The notes under the pieces: model-generated
The model's input: only the letters and a program-made list of their open reading frames with translations
Database searches by the model: none
What the model was told of the DNA's origin: nothing
Shown here: positions 25,101 to 35,900 of the stretch, piece by piece
How positions within the stretch are numbered: position 1 is the stretch's first letter
Layout: each line of letters starts with the position of its first letter
Position numbers and translations under genes: made by a program
Assembly (NCBI RefSeq): GCF_018977255.1
Contig: NW_024704761.1
Coordinates: forward strand, 2,232,001 to 2,296,000
Origin: Callorhinchus milii
Lineage: Eukaryota
DNA length: 64,000 nucleotides
Direction of reading: 5' to 3'

Positions 25101-26268
25101 GCGCTACATAAGTGCAAGTTGTTGTTGTTGATAGTAGCTTTCACAGGGGAATTGGGTAGCTACTTGAAAAAGCAATCACCATGTTTAAGAGTATCCAAAA
25201 CAGACTGCGTTCCATACATCCCACCTACACATGGGAAGTCTGGAAAGGAACACTCCCTGGAGATACACATCTTGCCAACCTAATTCTGCAGAGTATTAGG
25301 CACAGGTTACCAAAAGCAAAGGCTTGGGAAGCCCTTGGTGTGAGTTGGGTTAATTGCTGGAGTCTAACCAGCTAAAACCACATTGATATCACTGTGTCTG
25401 GCAAGCTTTCCCACTGCTTGTCCAGCTAGGACCACCCTATCCATTAGAGCTTTACCTTTCTGGATTGACAGGAGCAGAGTGGGATGATTCTCTGTCCCCA
25501 GTCACTGGTCTGGTCCTCCCGAATCCTGCCGATGAGCCAGGCTGGGCTGTCATCAGGCTGCCTGGTTACAGAACTAGTTGTGTGGAAGCAACCCAGAAGT
25601 GTGCAGAGGAGTGCAGGACTGAGCTCTCCAGAGCTCAAACAGCATTAGATTTGGTAATTGAAGATGGCTGATATTCCAGTGTAACTCAGTGTGAGGTTTG
25701 AGTTGTGGAACTGTGGCTCAACATACATTAATAATAATCCTTGCATTTGATTCAGCGTCTTATTACGTCATCGAGACCGCTCAAAGATCTTCAAAGAATA
25801 TACTTTAGTGTCCCACAAACCATACACGGTTTTGGAACCGTGTTTGTTTACCAGAGAGGCTGTTCGGTCGATTCGATTGCTCGTGCTGCTCACATTTGGA
25901 CTGATTTTAAACTCCCGGTTGTTTATGTTTTATCTCTTGACGCAGAGGAAGACCAGTGGCTGCACGCAGGGCCCCCGGGGAACGAGTACATGGATCAGAG
26001 CTTCCAGCGGCTCCGAGGTATCCTGAAGCTGCCGGCGGCAGGTACGGCTGAGAAGGTGGCTCTCCAGAACCTACAGTTGGTGGGCAAGCAGCTGGACGCT
26101 TGGTTGGACGAGAGCGTTGGCAGGTTTTGGTCAGTGTCGGACTCGTGCTCAGCACAGCCCTCACCCTGTCAGTCACTGCCCAGCTGCCAAAAGACTACCT
26201 GGGGCTCTCTGTCCCCTGACCCCAAATCCGAGCTGGGACCAGTCAAAGCGGACGGACGCCTGAGGTAG
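13170..26268 (+). CDS. XYLT2: Xylosyltransferase 2, ~856 aa
   Basis: 11 exons: 13170-13295, 17205-17679, 19539-19714, 20776-20978, 21290-21370, 21913-22129, 22638-22814, 23142-23404, 24115-24310, 24675-25008, 25946-26268, all GT-AG and in phase. Type II signal anchor [30 protein letters not shown]; motifs [46 protein letters not shown]; C-terminus [23 protein letters not shown] at 27413 and 27640. Confidence 0.97.
13303..14559. repeat. CA-rich tandem repeat (CACTCACACTGACA / CACCATCA units) at the start of XYLT2 intron 1
   Basis: ~1.25-kb degenerate tandem array starting a few nt after the exon-1 donor. Confidence 0.95.
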
Positions 26269-27833
26269 CACACAAGACGCTGCAGGAATCCAGCACAAAG
26301 AACCCGAATCTGGAGAGATCTGTCAGAGCTTCGTACAGGTTTGCACAGGGATCACAAAGGAGAGAGAGAGCCTGCGATGTGTTCATCACTACATTTCCAA
26401 GGACACAAGGCTTTGTGTGTGTGTGTGTGTGTGTGCGTGCGTGTGCTGGGTCTCTGAGCTGTCACAGTTCAGGGCTGGTGTCTGGGCTGTCACAGTGCAA
26501 GGACAGTGGTTTCCCGAGGAGTTGTTGATTTGCCTGCGGGGCGGCTCTGGAAAGCAGCGGCCTGTTGTCGAGTCATGGGAAGGGAAGCTGGGAACCAACA
26601 ACAGTTCGTTCTCAATCAGTAGGAGAGCTTCTCGAGGTCGGCTTCTCATCATTTGTAGTTGAGCTAACAGGAAAGTCTCGGCTTTGGTGGAACAAATGTA
26701 TCAAACACACTTATGGGAAGAAATCCTTTAACATTGAAAGTTAAACAGGCGGTGCTGCTGCCTGCCCTCACCCCACCCGCCCGCCCCATCCCTACCCCAT
26801 CGCCCCACCCGCCTGTCTTCACCCTCACCCACCTGTGTTGTTTCCTCACCCTGCTCAAAAAATAACGCAACGATCCCCCCCTCCACCCACCCTGAAAATG
26901 CACATAGTTATTGTTGATTGATGGACGCTTTTCTGAAATAGGGAAAAAGCTAGAGGCAGGTCTTTCAAGAGTCATTTTATCACCTGATAAACATGCTGTG
27001 AAGATTTGTAATTTATTTATCTTCCTGGGAGAAGCGCCAATCACAAACACTCACAGTACTGAAGACGGACAAATCTGTCCACTTGCTATTTATTGTCTGT
27101 TTTAGAGTTTACAGTGTGTAAGGGGTCCTGTTCCACTGCAGTAAAGTGCAGATAGGGAGAAGCAAAGACCACACTAATCCATGAGCATTTACCACAGCAA
27201 CCCGTTACATCCAGAACAAACCTTACTTACATTATGTAAGAGTGTAATTGTGTACAGTACACTGCAGTCTTACATAGTGTACAGATTATTTCCCTATGTT
27301 ACTATGGCACTGAACGTTGTGGTACCAAATACCTTTCAGTCCACTCACATGTGTTGTGCTGTGTCAGCCTCATAATTCAAACAAAAGTGGATAATGGACA
27401 TTTATTTTTTTAAATAAACTATACATGTAAAATGAAAAATCACTGTGTGCTTGGCTCGTGCTTCAGTCTCTGGGATGTGCTGGGAAATGTAGGTGAAGGT
27501 CTGGCCCATTTAGGAGAAACAAAGAACATTTATACAACACACGCACACACACACAACAGGGAGCAGGAGATGGGAGGGAGAGGCTCAAGTCAGACAGTCA
27601 CCACTCACAGGACAGTGAGCTGGCATTGAGGACACTTGAAAATAAAACATTAAATACCCAGCAATCTTTTAAAAATAGCAGCTTTTATTAGAAACACCAT
27701 CTGTGCCCAACGCCTTAAAACTTAAAACAATCTCTTGGCTTGGTTATTTATAAATTTAGAAAAAGCGTTTTGAAAGTTAAAAATTACCTGCATTTGAGGT
27801 TGTTGACATATAAGGCCTGCACCTGTAATGAAG

Positions 27834-28280
27834 ATCATAGAATCATAGAATGTTACGGCACAGAAGGAGGCCATTTGGCCCATCGAGTCTGTGCGGCTCT
27901 TTGACAGAGCAACTGACATTTATTAACCCCACTCACCAGCTTTCTCCCCATAACCCTGAAAACCTGTCTTCTCCAGATACCTGTCCAGTTCTCTCTTAAA
28001 AGCTGTTATCGAATCGGACTTCACTGCCCTTTCAGATCATTCCAAATTCTAACAACTCGCTGAGTGAAAAAATTTCTTCTAACCTCCTCTCTGCTTCTTT
28101 TGGTAGATATCTTAAGACTGTGACCACGAGTCACAGACACACCTACCAGCGGAAACAGCTTTTCCCTATCTCGCCTGTCGAAACCTTTCATGATCTTGAA
28201 GACCTCTATCAGGTCCCCTCGTAACCTTCTCTGCTCTAATGGGAAAATCCTAACTTTTCCAGCCTGTCCTCATAGCTAAG
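27834..28280 (-). mobile_element. CR1-clade LINE 3' end
   Basis: ATCATAGAATCATAGAATGTTACGGCACAGAAGGAGGCCATTTGGCCCATCGAGTC terminus; minus strand reads RRLRGDLIEVFKIMKGFDR, the CR1 ORF2 C-terminal motif. Related fragments near 19745, 60640 and 63470. Confidence 0.85.
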
Positions 28281-28907
28281 CTAAGATGATCATCTCTTTT
28301 CTCTGAGGCTGCAGTGGGTGGATTCTACATGGAGAAAACTGGGCATATGTTGGGACGTCCTCGAGACGTAAAAGGTGCTATACAAATGTAATTTCGCCCA
28401 CAAATATACGAACAATTCAATTGACAGCATATTCTGTGAAGTGATTCGAGACGTCTAGAAGACGTGAAAAGTGCTATATCAAATGCAAGGATGATTATTA
28501 TTATTTGTTGTTGTTGATCTGCACTGACACTAAGAGAAAGATGGATTTTCCTGAGCAACTTGCCAAACTGCATTGTAATGTCACAGCGCTGCTCAGAGAG
28601 ATGCAGCCTTTGGAATGCACTGAAGTTACTGACTTTCAGCAATTAGGACAAAGCTCTTGTGGTCTCCCATTTTCCCACTCGCTTTTTTCCATCCATCTTT
28701 GCCCCCCAACGGATCAGATTTTGAAGGCACCTGGATCTTGGTCTTTCTAAGCACGTGTAGTGACTGTTGGGACACTGCGTTTTCACCACGTCATTTTGGA
28801 AAAGGAGATTGTTACATTATGCGAACTTGAACATTTGGAATTGCCTTTTCTTCATTTGCGGAGAATGAACATCTCTGAGCAGAGGTGGCGAGAGCAGATT
28901 TGGGATT

Positions 28908-31900
28908 TCAGAATCCTGACAATTTCATCACGTAGGCCCCAGGGGAAGGTTTGGTGATGTAGAATGTTGCAGTGCCTCTGTACCTGTCCTGGAAGAAAGA
29001 GCAAACAGCAACTTTACAGAACCTTGTGTTTATGTTTCATGTGTAAGAAAGGGACACACTAAAACCCTGACACCTACATTTCAGTATATCAATGACAAGC
29101 TATGCGGGTTTAGCTGGCTAACACTCCAGCAGTTACCCCAACGCACACTCTGGGGTCCCCAAGCCTTGGCTCTTGCCAACCTGCACCTAATACTCTCCCG
29201 AGTTGGTAAGCAGGATGTGTCCCTCCAGGGAGGGAGCACATTCCATTCCACTAAACATCTCTAGAATTTCCATGTACAGGGTGAGACACATGGAACTCAG
29301 TTTGGTTTGGATGCTCTTAAGCATGATGATGGGTTTCCGCATGTATCAGACGCTCAGCTGACCAAAAAATACCTTAATCCTCTGCATGGTTTTCTCCACG
29401 GCTGTGGTTTCAACTAAAGTAACAGTACAGCCACCAAAACCACCTCCAGTCATTCTGCTGCCAAAGACACCTTCACCATCCATCGCAGCGACAACCAACT
29501 CATCCAATTCCTGGCAGCTCACGTCATAATCATCCCTGTAAAAGGTGCAGGCATTAGAAGCTAACACTCTGATCAGCCAGGGAATCTTAACAGTCAGATT
29601 GCTTTCTGCTGCTGTTCAGCAACAATTACACACAGATAGATAGGTAGACAGGCAGATTTAGTGTGATTTCTGTGTTATTGGGTACCTGTACTGTCTTGTA
29701 GTCTTGTTTTTAGAATTCTCTTTTCTTCCTATTGTTCTGTTTTTTTCCCCACACATCTTCTCAACCTACTTGTCCCAATACTGATCAGAATGTGAAACAA
29801 CCTCAATCTCATTTCTCGAGATCATTTGTGGTCTGACGAAAGTCATCGACCTGAAACGTTAACCCACTTTGCTCTCTCCATTGATGCTGTCTGACCTGCT
29901 GAGTGTTTCCCAGCGAATTCTGTTTTTATTTCAGATTTCCAGCGCCCGCAGTAGATCGCCTTTTGTCCCTTTGCGATGTTAATTCACAGCGCCAGCCTCA
30001 CAAGGTTTTTGCAAGGCACTCGCGCTCCTCCCCCCCCGCCCGAAACACCCTCAAACCATCAACGCCAAGTACCTCAGCGAGCAATGACTCTCCACCATCA
30101 ACTTCCCAAATTGCCCATAGTTTCCTGTTTTCAGAGCTTCTGCCGCCTCAGTGGTTCTCTTGATCTCAGTGATCACGTGCCGTGCCCTGCGATACACCTC
30201 CGCATCCAGAGAGGCCTTCAGAGCTGAGAAAGAGAATGGGATGATAAGCCAAACACAGCAAATGCCAAGCAATCAGGGTCCTGATTTGCTGCAATAGACA
30301 GTGTCTGCCACTGGAGGCCGGCCCTCGGTCACGGTTTAATAACGTGGGAGGACTGCCGGTCAAGACACTGGGAGAGAAACTCCCTTTACAAATAATAACA
30401 CGTGTTTACACAAACAGGGCCTGTCCTTTCTGGCAATCCCACATTAAGTCCCCGCACACAGCCCATCAGGTACGCACCTTCTAAATCAGCCATGGTGGCG
30501 CATCTCAAGCTCTCCTTGCCAAGAGCCTTGGCTGCCGCCTCACACTGACTTCGCCTGGTCGAGTACTCGCTTCCCGACAGGGTGTGGCGCACGTTGGAGT
30601 TTGTGATGAGGACGACGAGGTTGGGGTCGGTGAGGGGAACAGGAGTCACTTCCAGTGACCTGAGGTTCAAAAAAAAATGCAGTAATTCGCTGTGCGCAAT
30701 TGGCTGCTGCGTTTCCTCCACAAAATATACAGTCAATTCACATTACAGTCTATTCTGCGAAGTGCTTTGAGACGTCTAGAAGACCCGATAAGGCTCTACA
30801 CCAAATGCTATGATTATTATTATTATACACTGAGTTGTGTCCAGCTGCCTTGATCCAAGAGCGGCATGAAGTACAAATTTAGATAAGCAATTTTACGGGG
30901 GGAGAGGGGGGGCGGGGGAGAACCCAGACATCTTGGTCTATTTCTCATGTCAAGAAGTGGCAGAAAAATCAAAACAAATAAATTTGACAGAAAAAAGATA
31001 CAGTGCAACCTCAGTATTATTATTGTTCTCAGGTGTTTTTTCTCAGATGCACGCTTGCCTTTGCTCACCTACAGTCAATAAGAAGAGCATGATCCTTTCG
31101 CCCCATCACTGAAATGAACTGGTCCATTATACCGCAGGGCACGGAGGCAAAGGTATGTTCGGCTTTTTGACAGGTCTGAGCCTTTGCCACTAAATCACCA
31201 TCATCTGTCAATAAACATAAAACAAACCACATCAGCATCGCTCCATCCTCAACAGAATATTACGAATAGAATCCATCCAGTCCCTGTACCATCAGAATCC
31301 AGTAGGGAGTTCCAAAAGTCCACTGAAGGCAGTCATTCACTGTTGCACCTCACCTGGACAGATTTGTTGCAGGAATGTGTACATGGCTACTTCCAGAGAG
31401 GCAGAACTTGACAGTCCTCCTCCTAAAGGAACATCACTCGCTATCACAGCCTTAAATCCAGTCAGAGGCCTTGCTGCAAGGATACAGAACGAAATCAGAA
31501 CCTCAGAAAACAGGCATCCAACAATCAAACTGGTTTTCTAAACTTCCGCAATAATCATTTTCAGACTACAGTATTTTGCCTGTTGTTTAAACAAAAGACT
31601 GTCTAAAGCTATTTGTGCAGTCTTGCAAAGGGAGATTCGGATCGTAGAGAAGAAGGAAATGATTCAAACTTGAATTCTCGAGCGTCTTCCATCCTACCTC
31701 TGTAGTGCTGAATAATTCCCTTTACATAATTGGCCCAACGTGGCACGCCAGGATTTAAAGGGTTTACTTTCGAAGGCACAGGGAACTCCAGACATCTTGG
31801 TTCATCCGCTTCTATCGCAGTTGTCAGCAACGATATCACTCCATCCTCACTCTTGCATCCAACCACCACAGTGACCATTGGAAGAGCCTGGATACGAACA

Positions 31901-32776
31901 ACAGGAGGTCACATCTGCTGCGCATTCCAACCAGTCAACAACAACTTGCATTTATACAGCGCCCCCCACCCCCTCACTCAGGGTAGTGTCCCAGAGCGCT
32001 TGACGGTGGCGGAGCATGACACCGAGCCGGGTGGAGGGGGGGAGGTGACCATCGGCACGGTCGGTCGAAGAGGAAGGTCTTCAGGCATGATCTGAAGATG
32101 GGAAGGGGGCGAGGCTGAGGCATAGAGGGAGAATGTTCCAGAGTTTCAGGGCGTAGTGGCCGAATGCGCCGCCACCGATGGTGGAAGGGAGGGCACGAGG
32201 GGCAAACAGGAGGCAGCGAATAGTGGGTTGGTGGGGGGGGGGGGGGGGGGGGTAAGCAGATGGGAGAGCGACAGAGGGGTCAACAGGTCTGAACCACAAC
32301 CGCCTCCTCACTGGGCGACTCTCAGTCAGCACTGCCTTCCCGTCCCGTCCCGTCTCCTCTCCTCTCCACATACCGGTAGCTGAGGGCCCTGCACCCACTG
32401 CAGAGACTGTACACACCGGCCCTGTGCCCCCCTCTCCCCTTCCCCCCCTCTCTCCCCTTCCCCCCCCTCCCCCCCTTTATGTCTCCCCCCCTCTTCCCCT
32501 CCCCCTCTCCCCCCCCCCAGCCCGCTAGACGCCCCTCAGGCGGCTGCTGGGAGGCCAGGGCGGGCCCCGCGGGGCCCCTCACCATGGGCAGCACCAGGCC
32601 CCGGTTGTAGTCCGTGTGCTCCCCGATCAGGTTCACTCTCCCGGGGGCGGCCACGGCCACGCACGGCTCCAGGCCCGGGAAAGTCCGCAGGAAAAGCCGC
32701 TGCGCTTCGCGCGCCAAGGCCTCAGCGCCGCCTCCCGGGGCCCGGTCCCGGCCCGGGCCTCCCCGCGCTCCGCCAT
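28908..32776 (-). CDS. GALK1: Galactokinase 1; exon 1 carries an apparent 1-nt frameshift
   Basis: Exons 32583-32776, 31698-31887, 31354-31473, 31069-31204, 30478-30659, 30073-30223, 29373-29535, 28908-28988. Galactokinase/GHMP motifs [51 protein letters not shown]. Confidence 0.96.
29105..29369 (+). mobile_element. Unclassified dispersed repeat with an A-rich 3' end
   Basis: Blocks such as CCCTCCAGGGAG, GGTTTGGATGCTCTTAAGCATG and GCTGACCAAAAA are shared, in part, with copies at about 6745-6950, 11160-11370, 25178-25440, 33700-33800, 52921-53030, 58051-58150, 62700-62915. Confidence 0.7.
29828..29966 (+). mobile_element. Penelope-like repeat with a minimal type I hammerhead ribozyme motif
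   Basis: CTGACGA (29833-29839), stem II with GTC/GAC, GAAA (29853-29856), CGTT, then the CTGACCTGCTGAG...TGTTTTTATTTCAGATTTCCAGC tail shared with the other copies. Confidence 0.6.
31935..32230 (-). mobile_element. L2-clade LINE 3' end, (GTT)n-tailed; representative copy
   Basis: Minus strand encodes [18 protein letters not shown] (L2 ORF2 C-terminal G..AF...AP.LWN.LP motif) and ends GGCGCTGTATAAATGCAAGTTGTTGTT. Similar ends at about 1770-1960, 3073, 7930, 9370-9553, 10720, 42055, 51616, 59770-59913, 62097. Confidence 0.75.
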
Positions 32777-32957
32777 GTCCCGCCGCCCCAACACACACAC
32801 ACACACCCCGTGACTGGGGGGGAGGGGGGAGCGCGGGGCCTGATGGGATTGTGGGCGGAGTCGGGGGCGGGGTTGTGGGCGGAGTCGGGGCGCTGTGGGC
32901 GGAGTCGGGGGGCGCTGTGGGCGGGGCCTGGTAGGCGAGGGGCGGGGCCTGGCGGTG
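32777..32957. promoter_or_regulatory. Putative bidirectional CpG-island promoter with tandem GC boxes (GALK1 / RUN-PDZ-PTB gene)
   Basis: 181 bp between divergent ATGs; GTGGGCGGAGTCGGGG three times plus further GGGCGGGG Sp/KLF-type sites between about 32851 and 32950. Confidence 0.75.
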
Positions 32958-35900
32958 ATGGCGGGGAAGGAGCCGCTGTTGGGAGCCGCTAAAGGTGAGT
33001 GTGGACGGAGCCCCGTGTCTCCCCCCCCTCCCCCCCCACCGACAGCTCTCACCCCCCCACCCACCCACCCACCGGGTGCTGGTCTCCTTTCAGACAGCAG
33101 CCTCGGGCTGGACGCTTTCCCGGTGCCACCTGGCGGCAGCCTGGGGCGATGCCCTGCACTGGGCAGGGGGGAGGCAGCAGCTGGGGCTGTGGGTGGGTGG
33201 CGGGGAGCAGTCGGTGGGGGCAGTGGCGAGTAGCAATGGGCAGTGGGTGGGGGCAGTGGTTAAGTGGCAATGGACAGTGGTCAGGTGGCAATGGGCAGTG
33301 GTTAGGTGGCAATGGGCAGTGGGTGGGGGCAGTGGTCAGGTGGCAATGGGCAGTGGTTAGGTGGCAATGGGCAATGGGTGGGGGCAGTGGTTAGGTGGCA
33401 ATGGGCAATGGGTGGGGGCAGTGGCGAGTAGCAATGGGCAATGGGTGGGGGCAGTGGTTAAGTGGCAATGGGCAGTGGGTGGGGGCAGTGGTTAGGTGGC
33501 AGGGGTCAGTGGCAGCGGGCTGGGGGCAAGGTGGCAAAGGGCTGGGGCCAGTGGGCGGGGGAAGTCAGCAGTGCCTTTCACGTGGTAGGTCGTGTTAAAG
33601 CGCTCCCCGGTGCTGGTGGAGAGAGGAAGATGATTGAAAGAGCAGCCGGTGTAGCCGGGGGAGGGAGCAGCCGTGGCTGAAAGCTCTCCCGGATGGGGTG
33701 AGTCGGGTTGGGACATGAAGCCTCTGCCTGGTTTGGAGATACTTATACACAAGAATGGTTATGGCTTTCGGCATCAGTCAGGCTTTCGGCTGACCAAAAA
33801 TAATTGCTGAATGCTATTCCTCGCTCACAGCGGTAATAATATTCACACTGAGTACTTTGTGCCACAGTTGCAATGATTAACTTCACAGGTCACCCTGCCT
33901 CTATCCCAAACTGTGTTGGCAGGAGTCAAGCCATTATAACTTGAGTCAAAGTGGACTTGATGTATAGATTTCCCGTAAACAATCTCTAAAGAAAATCACT
34001 GATTTAAGTTTGAAGGGGCATGAACCTTCTGTGATACAGGTGACACAATGGCATTCGAGATGTTGAGTGGCACAGTTGAAGGCTGACCGTTGGATAGAGT
34101 AGAACACAAGTCCCACAAAGAACCCATGGCACTATACAAAAAGGGAAGGGAGTTTCTCTCTCTCCCGGTGTCCTGGACAACAATCCCCAAATAAAATTGG
34201 TCACTCAATCCATGGCTGCTTGTGTGCCATTGCTGTGCGCAAAATGGCTGCTGTGTTTTGCCCATAAAATACACGGTCACTCTGCGGTACATCTGTGAAG
34301 CGCTTTGAGACTGCAATGACATGATAAGGTGCTATAATCAAATGCAAGGATTATTATTATTATTTTATAATTATTATCTGGCCTTCCTGTGTATGTCTAG
34401 CCTGACTTAACAATATAACATTGCAGACTACTCATGCTTTTGTTTTACAGCTTGCATTATGAAACTCCAGGCAGAAAGTAGCCCTATCATGGATCGTAAT
34501 CCCAATCTCAACCCCTTCTGTGATATCCTGGAGCTCATCTTCAGGAAGGGAATCCGGCGTGAGTAGGATTCTTCTATATAATTTTGTTTGGTCAGCGGGT
34601 TGTCATGTGGAAACCCATGGTATTTCCATTTCCCATACCAGCTATCCTTTGGGTTGCTAATTTAGTTCCAATTGGTTTAGTTCTAAATATGGTTAGTTTA
34701 GTGAGCTGTAGCCCAAGCAACTGGGTTGAGACTGCTCCCAAATAACNAAAAATAACATCAAATTGCATTGATGCTAGAGCGCTTGAGGACAAGCACAATA
34801 GTATAATGGAAACATCAAATATACAGTGCCTGTCAAATATACAGGAGGATGTTCCAATGCGCTGGACAAATAATTAGCCCCGAAGCTGGGGGTTGGATTC
34901 AGGAGCGGGTGGGGGCCAAGGGAAGTGGGGTGGGAAGATGACCAAAGGCACGGTCAAAAAGGAAGGTCTTGAGATGGACCTTGAAGGGACGCGACGAGAT
35001 AAATGGACTAAAGTGCTATTATAAAAAATAATTTGTAAGATGCAAATCAGGCCAAAGAGAGGATGTTTTCATACCTGAGTTTGTTGATTTAGGTTGCCAC
35101 CAAGTTCACGGAAATGTAGACTGAGTTATGATCGCCCTGCTGTTTGTTCTCTTGTTGCAGAACCAGTTCTTGGTCTGAAGAGGAGAGATTACTGGCACCT
35201 ACTGGAGCAGCTGGCACACCATCATTCCTGTGGCGAGTACGTACACCTGAAGTATTCTGCACTTAAAACAATCCACCTATCAGGATAACAACAACTTGCA
35301 TTTATGTAGTGCCCTTCACACGGGGTAGCATCCCGGAGTGTTTGAGGACAAGCACAATAATCTCATGGAAAGAGGAGTCTTTTAATTTACTTTACTATAT
35401 TTCTCTGTAAGAGCTCAGGAAAAACTACCCTGCCACATCAGGGAGGAAGAAACACAGCACTGGAGCAATGAGATGTCATGAGTGTCTGTGCTGGATGAAT
35501 TATCTGTTTCAGATGAAGGAGAAGGTAATGAGTCTCTACCCTTCATGAGGGGCTATATAAATGCAAGTTGTTGTAACAATGAGAGGCTTTGGTTAATCAT
35601 TGGAATTTGAATTATTTTCCTGTTATGTTGCTAGGCTGATCCAACTCACCGTAGCATTGGAGAAAACCATTGCAAACAAGAAGACGCTGACACCACAAGG
35701 CCAAGGGCGGTACTTTATCCGACTGGCTCTGAACCAGAAGAGCTTGGCAACTACGATCCGACATCTACTGCACACACCAAAGCTCTCAGAGGTACTTCAT
35801 CACATCCACGCTTCACAGATTGTTTCTCCACAAGCCTCTGTTTATCTAGCAATAAGTAGGAACCCGGTTGTTAGTCGATTGGCGGATCGCTTTTTGGGGG

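Noticed and set aside
32322-33068. 248-aa ORF as an N-terminally extended GALK1
   Set aside because: Starts at GTG, is low-complexity and runs through the GC-box array and the opposite gene's exon 1; a 1-nt indel after the ATG at 32776 is simpler.
33715-33760. Alternative ATG exon ([14 protein letters not shown]) for the adaptor gene
   Set aside because: Falls within a copy of the dispersed repeat; exon 32958-32994 has a strong donor and the correct phase.
34747-34747. Single N base
   Set aside because: Ambiguous base or contig-join marker in an intron; the flanking exons stay in order and in phase.
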